DNA of 64,000 nt. Origin: Octopus vulgaris (Eukaryota). The stretch covers positions 67,394,001 to 67,458,000 of the forward strand of contig OX597819.1 of the NCBI GenBank assembly GCA_951406725.2, in the 5' to 3' direction. A model generated the notes under the pieces. The model saw only the letters and a program-made list of their open reading frames with translations, was not told the DNA's origin and searched no databases. A program made the translations under genes and the position numbers. This document shows positions 1 to 10,619 of this stretch, piece after piece. The stretch's first letter is position 1. Each line of letters begins with the position of its first letter.

Positions 1-348
1 TTTCGATGGCCACATCATCAACAACGTAAAGGACACAGTTATCTAAAATACAGTAATTAATACAAAAGCAGTAGAACTCAATAAAAACGAACCTGGGTTC
101 ATTATAACGATGTCTCTACACATGTATTCACATGCATATAAATATACACATGCCAATCTATCTACTTGCCTATATAATTTATCTACTTATTTATCTGATA
201 TCGCTCGACACGAATTAGATGTGTCACACTGTTATTAAACAGAACAGGTGAAACCATATCTGGTCTTCTAAAATTTAATAGAAATTAGATTCGTTTAGTT
301 ATTTTTGTGGTCCACAATTGCTGACCGGTGGATGAATGAGAAGAAATT

Positions 349-1281
349 ATGAACAAAACAGAAATGATGGGCGTATTGAACAACAGTAGTCAGACAAAAA
401 ATGAAAAAGATGTTTATTTACTTAGAACTATACCGTATGTTGCAATAATATTATTGATATTTGGATCTGTCGGAAATTTAGTAATTTTTGCAATATTTTT
501 CAAGAAACAAATGCGTCAGACAAAAATTGTTCCATATCTTCATTGTTTATCTCTTGTAGATTTCATTACGCTTTCGACATATTTACCAAAACCAATATGG
601 TTGTCAACTACTTCTCAACCTAAGACGGCACATTCAGATATTTTTAGCAGTGAAATATACAAGGCTTTAATCGCTTCTCTATTTATATATTCTTCCTGGA
701 TAACCGTTGTCATATCTCTGGAACGTCTGTTGGCAATATTTTGCCCGTTTTCACAATTTCATTCTCCACAACGTTATAAACCTTACATTGTACTGCTTCT
801 GCTTCTTGTATGTGTTGCCGTTACGTATACAACGCTAGCAGTATTTTTAAATAATGAGACGTACATTTTGTGTGCTGTATACATCATTTATTCATACGTA
901 CCAGGGATGATTTTGATAATAAGCTCTATCCTTTTGTTGTATAAAATACTGCATCGACCAGACCTCGGTCGACATTTGCAACGGAAAATTTCAGAGAAGT
1001 CAAAAAGTACTATTTATGCAGTGATTGCAATAAACGCACTCTTTCTCCTAACCACATTTCCTTCATCTATACATTACCCGACAATATTCCTACTCGATGA
1101 AAAAGATATTGCCATCTTCTTGTTTTTTGATGTGCTGGCTTGTATCAATAATGCTTTCAACTTCATGTTGTATGTTGTGGTAAGCAAATCATTTCGCGAC
1201 AACCTGAAACAAATATGTTGTAAAGATACTTCAGTAAACAGACGTAAGGTGTATTCGCTCCAGGTTACTACGAGGCACTAA
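349..1281 (+). CDS. Class A (rhodopsin-like) 7TM GPCR, array copy 1, 310 aa, uninterrupted CDS
   Basis: Seven hydrophobic segments; TM1 GSVGN, TM2 LSLVD, TM3 SSWITVVISLERL, TM6 FLLTTFP, TM7 INNAFNFMLY, helix 8 SKSFR; N-terminal sequons NKT and NSS. Motif style resembles invertebrate FMRFamide-receptor-like / GPR139-like orphan receptors. Confidence 0.92.
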   Translation: MNKTEMMGVLNNSSQTKNEKDVYLLRTIPYVAIILLIFGSVGNLVIFAIFFKKQMRQTKIVPYLHCLSLVDFITLSTYLPKPIWLSTTSQPKTAHSDIFSSEIYKALIASLFIYSSWITVVISLERLLAIFCPFSQFHSPQRYKPYIVLLLLLVCVAVTYTTLAVFLNNETYILCAVYIIYSYVPGMILIISSILLLYKILHRPDLGRHLQRKISEKSKSTIYAVIAINALFLLTTFPSSIHYPTIFLLDEKDIAIFLFFDVLACINNAFNFMLYVVVSKSFRDNLKQICCKDTSVNRRKVYSLQVTTRH

Positions 1282-1313
1282 GACATTCACTGTTTCAATA
1301 CTTTATCAATTCC

Positions 1314-1324
1314 GTAAGTATCTA
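1314..1324 (+). promoter_or_regulatory. Conserved putative 5' splice donor GTAAGTATCTA in the GPCR 3' UTR (also at 6060, 33719, 44315, 62361)
   Basis: Perfect GTAAGT consensus 33, 33, 33, 33 and 35 nt after the stop in the five full-length copies. Confidence 0.55.
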
Positions 1325-2509
1325 CTTATATATTTATAATTGTCGTAATGATAATAATTTATGTATCATCAATCTACATTCCGCTTATGTAGACATACAT
1401 ATATTCATCTACATGTGCATACAAATATATAACTATATCTATGTTTGTATATAAGTATTTTAAAATACATTACACAAAATGGTGATGCTCTATGTTTATA
1501 AATTTCTAGTTAGTATTCCCTGTTCAACATTCTATTTACATATTCCTTAAGAAAGTTAGACCATTTCTAATAGATTATTGTTCCACTTATTGCATAGGGT
1601 ACATTATAAATGTAAAGGTATTCTAATGTGTTTGGTTTATTTTATAGTGTGGTGGGCTTTCGTTTCTCAATTATTACTATGATTATAATTATACACAGTG
1701 CGATGTTTCTCTAAATTGTTTAAATGTATATCTTTCAAAAATCACATGGTTTACCTGTGTAGATCCGCAGAATATACTCTAAGGAATTGATAAATAAAGT
1801 TTCTGGATGTGAAAAATCTTTGTTCTCCTTATCATTATTAATATTATTAAATAATCTACGGAAAACATGCACGCACAGAATTACCCAACGAGAGAAGTTA
1901 CTAGTGTCTAACAACTCATTAGCTCGAGTACTACATAAGGCGGCTTTTCGTTAGCCAGCATCTGAAACCGATTTCCGAGAAATTCGGTTCCTACCAGGGC
2001 AATATATCCCATTATCCTCATTATATATATAAATATTGATAGAAATATTAAGACGAAGAGACCTCGACATTTTGTAAATAGAGGAAGTTATCTGTAAATT
2101 TGATATGTGACAATTATTCGGTAGCCATGATAAACTCTGGGTTTCGGATGTCAGGGTGGAAATTCACACCGCCCTCCATTTAGTTATTCGGCCATTAGAA
2201 AAAATTCTATGAAAACGACCGTTAAACAATGGGAAATTATTGTGTGAATGATCGTTATTAAGACAAAAGAACTATTTGAATGACAGCTAAGTGAGGGGAG
2301 GGATTAAAAGTAAAATGTACATAGTTTTTGTGAATAGCGCATCTCCATACCTACACATGCGCGCCCGTACACCCGCGTACATGCGCCTATAAGTATACAC
2401 TCATCCATCTTCACTTCAAACATAGACATTCTCACCCACACCGTTCCCCCAAAACCATATATATATTCAATTCAACACACACACACGCGCGCGAACCAAA
2501 ACGGTTCGT

Positions 2510-2880
2510 ACACACGTCTATATACGCACAAACACAATCAAAAACAGGGCTAGGGGCAACAATACAGAAAAAAGTGTAAAGAAGTATGAAAAAACCATAA
2601 GAGTAAAACACGTCTATATACGCACATATCCGTATGCACTCACGCACGCACGTCTATATATGCACATACCCGCAAACGTCTATATAAGCACACACACACA
2701 GACGCACAGAAAGTTCATGCACACGTCTATAGACGAATACGTACAAGAAAAAACAAGACTGAAGGCAAAAGTACAGGAAAATTTGTAAAAGAAAACAGGG
2801 AGTAAGACACGTCTATATACGCACAGGGAAAAATGCAGGGTAGAAGGTAGAATACAGAAAAAGTATGTGTAAAAATTATG
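2510..2880. repeat. Degenerate minisatellite with repeated ACGTCTATATACGCAC motif
   Basis: Six motif copies (~2513, 2610, 2650, 2676, 2722, 2808) with mutually similar A-rich spacers. Confidence 0.6.
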
Positions 2881-3999
2881 AACAATAAACCTATAAAACA
2901 ATATCTCTATAAATGGATACCGAAAAATTGTCATATATTACTTTTACAGATATATATATACACACACACATATATATATATATATGTGTGTGTGTGTATG
3001 TGTGTATGCGTGTATGTGTGTGTGTGTGTGTGTAAATGCAATATGTGAAAATTATATTACGAAGCACTGAACTGCTAAACATATAAATTCCTTAAGTTTT
3101 CATACTACTATCCCCTATCTCTGCCTCTACACTTAGACTCTACAACTACACTTTTGTCATTCCTTCTATCTGTTTACGCTAGAACACCTTTCTCTCTTTA
3201 CCCCTTCCTCTTCCCACTCTTACTCTTAAATTGTATCCACTGACCACTGACTGATCTATATCTTCATTTTTCTTTTCTATTTTTTCTTTATTCCCTTCAT
3301 TCCTCTTTTCAGAGTTCTTTATTTTTATTTTTTATTTTGTTATTTTTTTATTAGGTTCATCTTACTTTCTTCTCCTTCTCTTTTTTTCCTTTCTCATTTT
3401 TTCTTTCTCTTCTTTTTTCGCTTTCTTTTTTTTTCTTTCTTCATTCCCCTCTTCCTGTTTTCGATTTGACCCTTCTAATACCATCCCTATTTTTAGGTCA
3501 CTTTAAATAAAAATCCTTTGTCTTGGCAACACTATATATAAATTCTCTACTTGGAATGACCAAGTTTAAAAACTGCTGGATCTCACTCAGTAGGGAATAT
3601 CACATTGTGTATTTCAGCCCCAACTTTCCACTGAAGTCCTCCAGTGACGGGGCAACGGTAAAAGTGACAAGTGGAATTAGCCATCGGAAGTCATAGTCAC
3701 ATTCCTGATGTAGGCGGCTTGGGACTTTGGTTGTTAATCTTCGAACTCGGTGTAGCGGATGAATAAGAAAACGTCCCAGACGACTGAGTAGACATTTAGC
3801 AATGCACTGCTCGCCCCAGTAAGGCAGTGGCCTAGAAAAGGTGGCCTAAAGAAAGCCTGCCCTACACCGTCTGGCTAGTATACCACGGCTTTCAGACTTA
3901 CACGACTGCGGTCGGGTCCAACTGAAAATGAAGGAACTCATCGCCGTAACGTTAGCGATGAATTCCATGCTGTGTCACCTTACTTTTCCCCAGTAATAT

Positions 4000-4500
4000 T
4001 GTTGCATCGATCATGTACATTACATCGTGACAATGAAGTCGTTTCTCAAGCCCTGCATTGAGAGAGTTACCCTTTGAGAAGCCGTACGTATTTTATTATG
4101 AATCTGGTCATTTTCACTCGATCTACATAAATCTGAAGTGGACGGGCGATAGTTTTCCTCATCAAGTTACCGCAAACATTTCACCTCCAATGTCTCCTAT
4201 TTAAACGACTTTGACTACTATGACTGGGGCATCGTTGAGCGGTATTCCATTAACCATGCTCACAAAAGTAGGAGTCATTCATATCTACCATGTTTTAAAT
4301 TATGTGTTATAGGATCGAAGGAAAAAATATGACTTACAAGATCGAAGGGAACCTGTTCAATGCATTTGGTCGTTTCACAAGTCGTATGAGACAGTAATAA
4401 TATTTGAACGTCGTTTCATTTAATAGCCGTGTAACATGTACATTAAACAAATAATATATTTTGTTAACACTTGCAGAATCATAAAATAAGACCACACCCG
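4000..4500 (+). mobile_element. Tc1/mariner relic upstream of GPCR copy 2
   Basis: Degenerate WPPxSPDLNPLDYxxWG-like segment at ~4180-4240 (SPPMSP, frameshift, LNDFDYYDWGIVER); homologous to 25600-25900 and 39380-39670. Confidence 0.55.
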
Positions 4501-5094
4501 ATCAACTGCAGTTACTTAACAGTGTCCAAACCTCTGGGAAGTAGTATTGTAAAATGAAAGACATATTGATTCATAGTTTCTATCGTTGTACATGCTGTTA
4601 AAAATGTTAAAACATCAACATCAACCGGCCAGTGAAATCATCTTTACAATTTCATCGTCATCATAGTAGTGATCTTTGTCCCAATAGACTTCGCAATCAC
4701 CATCGTCATCATCATCATTAAGATCCTGATTGTGATTGTCTTCGATGGCCACATCATCAACAACGTGAAGGACACAGTTATCTAAAATACAGTAATTAAT
4801 ACAAAAGTAGTAGTACATTTTACAAAAGCAACGAAGCTGGATTCATTATAACGATGTCTGTACACATGTAATCACATGCATATAAATATGCACATGCCAA
4901 TCTATCTTCTTGCGTACATATTTTATCTATTTATTTATCTGATATCGCTCGACACGAATTAGATGTGTCACATTGTTATTAAAGAGCAACGCGTGAAACC
5001 GTATGGGATCTTTTAAAAATTTAATAGAAATTGGATTCATTTAGTTATTTTTGTGGTCCACAATTGCTGACCGGTGGATGAATGAGAAGAAAAT

Positions 5095-6027
5095 ATGAAC
5101 AAAACAGAAATGATGAGCCTATTGACCAACAGTAGTCAGACAGAAAATGAAAAAGATGTTTATTTACTTAGAATTATACCGTATGTTTCAATAATTTTAT
5201 TGATATTTGGATCTGTCGGAAATTTAGCAATTTTCGTAATATTTTTCAAGAAACAAATGCGTCAGACAAAAGTTGTTCCATATCTTCATTGTTTAGCACT
5301 CGTAGATTTCATTACGCTTTCGACATATTTACCAAAGCCAATATGGTTGTCAACTACTTCTCAACCTAAGACGGCACTTTCAGATATTTTTAGCAGTGAA
5401 ATATACACGGGATTCATTGATTCGTTATTCATATATTCTTCCTGGATAACCGTTGTCATATCTCTGGAACGTCTGTTGGCAATATTTTGCCCATTTTCAC
5501 AATTTCATTCTTCACAACGTTATAAACCTTACCTAGTACTGCTTCTGCTTCTTGTATGTGTTGCTGTTACGTATACAACGCTAGCAGTATTTTTAAATAA
5601 TGAGACGCACTTTTTGTGTGCTGTATACATCATGTATTCATTCGTACCAGGGATGATTTTGATAATAAGTTCTATCCTTTTGTTGTATAAAATACTGCAT
5701 CGACCAGACCTCGGTCGACATTTGCAACGGAAAATTTCAGAGAAGTCAAAAAGTACTATTTATTCAGTGATTGCAATAAACGCACTCTTTCTCCTAACCA
5801 CATTTCCTTCATCTATTAATTACCTGAAAATATTCCTACTCGATGAAAAAGATATTGCCATCTGCTTGTTTTTTGATGTGCTGGCTTGTATCAATAACGT
5901 TTTCAACTTCATGTTATATGTTGTGGTAAGCAAATCATTTCGCGACAACCTGAAACAAATATGTTGTAAAGAGACTTTAGTAAACAGACGTACGGTCTAT
6001 TCGCTCCAGGTTACAACGAGGCACTAA
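5095..6027 (+). CDS. Class A GPCR, array copy 2, 310 aa, close paralog of copy 1
   Basis: Colinear with copy 1 without indels, same motifs; flanks 4741-6770 match 1-2030. Confidence 0.92.
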   Translation: MNKTEMMSLLTNSSQTENEKDVYLLRIIPYVSIILLIFGSVGNLAIFVIFFKKQMRQTKVVPYLHCLALVDFITLSTYLPKPIWLSTTSQPKTALSDIFSSEIYTGFIDSLFIYSSWITVVISLERLLAIFCPFSQFHSSQRYKPYLVLLLLLVCVAVTYTTLAVFLNNETHFLCAVYIMYSFVPGMILIISSILLLYKILHRPDLGRHLQRKISEKSKSTIYSVIAINALFLLTTFPSSINYLKIFLLDEKDIAICLFFDVLACINNVFNFMLYVVVSKSFRDNLKQICCKETLVNRRTVYSLQVTTRH

Positions 6028-6779
6028 GACCTTCGCTATTTCAATACTTTATCTATTCAGTAAGTATCTACTTATCTATTAATATTTGTCGTACTAATAA
6101 TAATTTATGTATCATAAATCTACATTCCTATATCTGTTTTTGCATGTAAGTATTTTAAAATACATTACCCAATATGGGGATGTTCCACGTTTATAAATTT
6201 CTAGTTAGTATTCCCGCTTCAACATTCTATTTATATTATTCCTTAACAAAGTTAGACAATTTCTAATAGACTATTGTTCCACTTATTGCATATGGTCTAT
6301 TATAAATGTAAAGGTATTCTAATATGTTAGGCTTATTTTGGAGAGTGGGGGCGTCCTTCGTTTCTCAATTATTACTATAAATAGAAATTATACAGTATGG
6401 TGTGTTTATATTTAAATTGTTTAAATGTATATCATTTAAAGATCACGTGTTTCAACTGCAGTCGCTGCAGTTGAAACCTGTGTAGATCCGGAGCTAATTG
6501 ATAAATCAGTAATTGATAAATAAAATTTCTGGATGTGAAAAATCTCTATACTCCTTATTATCATGAATATTATTAAGTACTCTACGGAACATATACAGTT
6601 TTGACGAACACGCATAGTATTACTCAACGGGAGAAGTTACTAGTGACTAACAACTCATTAGCTGGAGTGCTACATAATGAGCGTTTTCGTTAGCCAGCAT
6701 CTGAAACCGATTTCAGAGAAAATTCGGTACCTATCAGGGCAATATATCCCATTATCCTCATTATATATGTGCGTGTATG

Positions 6780-6826
<47 letters not shown>

Positions 6827-6892
6827 ATTCGCTAGCTTCTGCACGCATTTTTGTTTCTCTCCTTGTTTCTTTCCGTGTTTCCTTTCTGAGTA

Positions 6893-6930
6893 TCTTTCTG
6901 TTGAAGAGCATAGGCTCGAAACGTAAAAGA
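6893..6930 (+). ncRNA. Minimal hammerhead-like motif with CUGUUGA core in a TA-flanked short element (~6825-7030)
   Basis: TCTTT-CTGTTGA-A-GAGC-ATAG-GCTC-GAAA-CG-TA-AAAGA; related decayed copies near 12840-12875 (-), 20733-20770 (+) and 20995-21030 (-). Confidence 0.45.
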
Positions 6931-7089
6931 CTTGTTTTATTTATATTCCTGAGCGCCATACTAATACAATTGTTTGTTTGTATTCCACCTGCCTTCGTCT
7001 TTTGTTTATTTTCATAAAGCTTCCCGTTATATATATATATATATATGAAAAAACAAGTCAAAAATAGAAAATGCTAAAATAATTTTATA

Positions 7090-8420
7090 GTGAACATTTC
7101 AGTACCGGTTTCGGTCATTTTGAGACCTTTTCAGCTGTAACGATTAAATAATTAAATTTAGAAAAATTAGAAGAAAAGTTTTTTTAAAAGAATATTTCTA
7201 TAGTAGTGTTCAGATTTAAGTGGCATTCTGCCTTTCTCTGACTCCCTTGTTTGCACTTGAGTGTTGGAGGTCGTTGTGAGTTCTTGGTAGGGTAGTAGAG
7301 GAAGAAGGCTGGTGAGGAAAGGGGGTGGGAGAATCTGGGAGTGCCCTGATGGTCGTATTTTGAATGGTCAGTGGCGGCTGGCAGTCTCAGTTCAATTCAG
7401 GAGAATATTTATATTGACAGGCTTGTTTATAGAATTAGCGTAGGTGTTATACTAAAAAACATTAGTGACAAAGTTAAGGGGTAGGGGGTGGAGAAGTAGA
7501 AGAAGAAGAAGAAGAAGAAGAAGAAGAAGAAGAAGAAGAAGAAGAAGAAGGAGAAGGAGAAGATGACGATGATGGTGATGGTGGTGATGATTATGACGAC
7601 GATGATGATGATAATGATGATGATGAAGAAGATGAAGAAGAAGGAGGAGAAGGAGAAGATGGTGGTGATGATGGTGGTGATGATGATGACGACGATGATG
7701 ATGATAATGATGATGATGAAGAAGAAGAAGAAAAAAATAGAGAAGGGAGAATATGAAAGGGTGTAAGTATAGCTATGAAGGGGCTGATTAGTAATGGATT
7801 CTATGGAGTGTAATATTTGTGTGTGTATATATATTTTTTTCTTTTATTCTAAAGTTGAGGTATATTAATTGTTTGTCGTAGACCCGTTAAGAAGTGGCTT
7901 GTATTTTGTAATAAAGAGATTTTCTTTACTTATTCGTTGTCTCGAGGTTGTATCGTCCCTAAATTGGTAGAGGGGGAAAATTCTGAAGTTTGGTGTTTTT
8001 TTGTTGGCGCAAGTATCTATGTGTTGGCTAAAAGCTATTTTTCTGTTTTGGGGAATTTTTATCTGGGATCTGTGCAGGGCCATTCGTTTACGCAAACCAT
8101 TTTTTGTTTGGCCTATGTACTACTCTTGACACCCGGAGCAGGTTAGTGAGTATATTAGGTTCTCCGAAGCACATGTGAAGTTGCTTTTCACTGTAAACCG
8201 TTGTCCCTGTTTGAAGGAGAACTCTGATCCCTCAATTAGATAGTCGCATATCCCGCAATTGGGTCTTCCACATTTTTTTACTGTCGGCTTCTGTGTTGAA
8301 GAGTGAATTCGGGCTTGTGTAAGGAGACTTTTCATGGATCTAGGCTGTCTTTTGCTTTTTATGATCGTGTGTGTTTGGAGGATTGTGTTCATTCTGTGGT
8401 CTTTTTTTAGGAGGGGTATG
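7090..8420 (-). mobile_element. Penelope-like element 3' part (GIY-YIG endonuclease plus terminal region)
   Basis: KCGRPNCGICDY...FTCASENLIYSLTCSGCQE*YIGQT...HRSQI...FSQHIDTC...IFPLYQ...KENLFITKYKPLLN; hammerhead-like motif at 7100-7137 downstream on the same strand. Confidence 0.8.
7100..7137 (-). ncRNA. Minimal hammerhead-like motif
   Basis: Minus strand CAG-CTGAAAA-GGTC-TCAAAAT-GACC-GAAA-CCGG-TA-CTG. Confidence 0.45.
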
Positions 8421-8507
8421 TTGTTAGTTTTGTGTGTGTGCATATATAATATACATCTGTATATATGTATATATGTGTATATTTATATATATATATATTC
8501 ATGTATA

Positions 8508-8561
<54 letters not shown>

Positions 8562-8648
8562 TATACATGAATATATATATATATAAATATACACATATAT
8601 ACATATATACAGATGTATATTATATATGCACACACACAAAACTAACAA
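8421..8648. repeat. Perfect 228-bp palindrome centred on (TA)n
   Basis: Arms are exact reverse complements; track ORFs 8465+ and 8604- give identical translations, both symmetric about 8534.5. Confidence 0.9.
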
Positions 8649-9181
8649 TTGATGGACAGGTGTCAAATCCTTACAGCAGAATCTAACGAATTTCTTAACT
8701 GATAAATGAGTACATAGGCCTATTATAAAAAGCCCTTTTCTTCAGATGAAAAGTTGAATTATACATTAAACAAAAATAGTAAAATACACGGCACATACAT
8801 ATTTAGTGATTCCAACTCTAGCTTTTGCGCCATATTCTGCGGTTTTATATGTTCATTGATCAATTAAAAAACTCATAAGAAGCGGCTGTAATAAATTGTC
8901 ACCTGTCCATCGATTGTTACTTATTTATTTTTAATTCCCCACCCTCGGAACCTTGCCTTCATGTACTCCAGAGTATATTATTGACTGTATATTTAATTAA
9001 ATGTACGTGTCTTAATAGTTCAGCAGGGTAAATTAACTGTATATATTACCCAAATATCCTCCTGCCATTACTTCGGCACTAAGAGTGGTATTCATGTAAA
9101 AATTGTTGTCAATCCATTTTATTCTAACCGAAACTAGGAGCATCACCTTTAAGTAGCTTATTCAACTGAATTTTGTTATAT

Positions 9182-9229
<48 letters not shown>

Positions 9230-10407
9230 CGTGTGTGTGTGTTAGTGTCTAAGTATATATATACGTATATGTGCGGTATATTTGCCATCTAAATATGGCT
9301 AACCACTTAGGGTGGATGTTACTGTAGCTTGTAGCCCCAGGAGAACATCTTCTCCAGCTGGCTATTGACACGCTTCCTGTGCCCTATCGGTATTTGCAAA
9401 GGGAGGTCATTCTTCCCTCGTCAACCTAAGTGATACGCACGGACTGCAGTTTCTGGGTATTGATCCGTCACACACATACCTACATACACACACGCATGCA
9501 CAGGCGCGCACATACATGCGCACACGCGCGCACACATGCATACATACATGCATGCCTGTGGGGTTGGCTTTGGTTCGGGCGTACGTCGGTGCGTGTGTGT
9601 GTGTGCCTGTGGATTCGCATGCGCCCGCACCGGAAGAGTTTTTTTCCATCAATCTTTCAGTTGTGAAGTGTGTCCTTGCATGCATATATATACACACATA
9701 TAAACATATAAAAACACATATAAACCCCTACATTTGTACACACACGCACATACATACATACATACATACATACATTCACTTCCACGCACGTACACACACA
9801 CGCACATATACACATTTACATATATATACAATACACGCACACACACATGCACACGTACAAACACACACTAATCTACATACACACAGACACATATACATAC
9901 ACACAACATATACCTACACGCGCACGCACACATACACATACGTACACACATATAAGCACAGACACACACATACATACGCACACCAAAACATGCGCACACA
10001 TACGCACGCACACGCGCGAAAGAACCCCACAACCCCACGGATACACGCATATACATCCATTTACGCTTACACACACACACATACAAACGCACACATACAC
10101 GCACACACGCATACCTCCCTGTTTTTGACCTGCCATTTTGACCTGCTAGTGTACCCACACACCACTCCTTTTCTACTACTGGCCTGCTACTAGTCTGTTG
10201 TTCGCCATACACACACACACTCACACACACACACTTGTCATCATCGCACACCTTCTTTACCATTCCGTCTTTGATATAGCTCTCCTGTTTTTTAAAAAAC
10301 ATTTTCATCTACTTTCACCACTTCCGCATTTTAGTACGTGACCTCGTCTGTATCACTAGCGATTTTTTTCCTCTGTCTTCCCTTCTCGGGATCTTTCCTT
10401 CTCCTAT

Positions 10408-10442
10408 GTTTCCGACGAAGAGCTCCGCTCGAAACGTCAAAC
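10408..10442 (+). ncRNA. Minimal hammerhead ribozyme-like motif
   Basis: GTTT-CCGACGA-A-GAGC-TCC-GCTC-GAAA-CG-TC-AAAC; one deviation from CUGANGA. Confidence 0.5.
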
Positions 10443-10619
10443 CCTACTTCTTCCCTTCTTTCCTGAGCGTCCAATAATACTTTATTTGTTCCACATCCTT
10501 GCGTTTTTGTCTTTTTGTTTTCTTGTTTGGATTAACTTTATATATATATATATATACATACATATATGTGTGAGTGTATTTATATATGCATAAATGTGTG
10601 TGTGTGTGTGTTTGTGAGT

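Larger units (their letters stand above)
1..6770 (+). repeat. Duplicated GPCR cassette: 1-2030 matches 4741-6770
   Basis: ttcgatggccacatcatcaacaacg at 2 and 4741; homology runs through the gene to cattatcctcattatatat at ~2030 and ~6768. Confidence 0.9.

Noticed and set aside
2510-2880. Repeat-spacer pattern (ACGTCTATATACGCAC x6) resembling a CRISPR array
   Set aside because: Spacers are irregular in length and similar to each other, repeats are degenerate, no cas genes, eukaryotic context; a minisatellite.
9407-10308. Overlapping ORFs up to 225 aa rich in H/T/Y or V/C
   Set aside because: Translations of degenerate CA/TA microsatellite; the same applies to the [12 protein letters not shown] and YLSI ORFs throughout.
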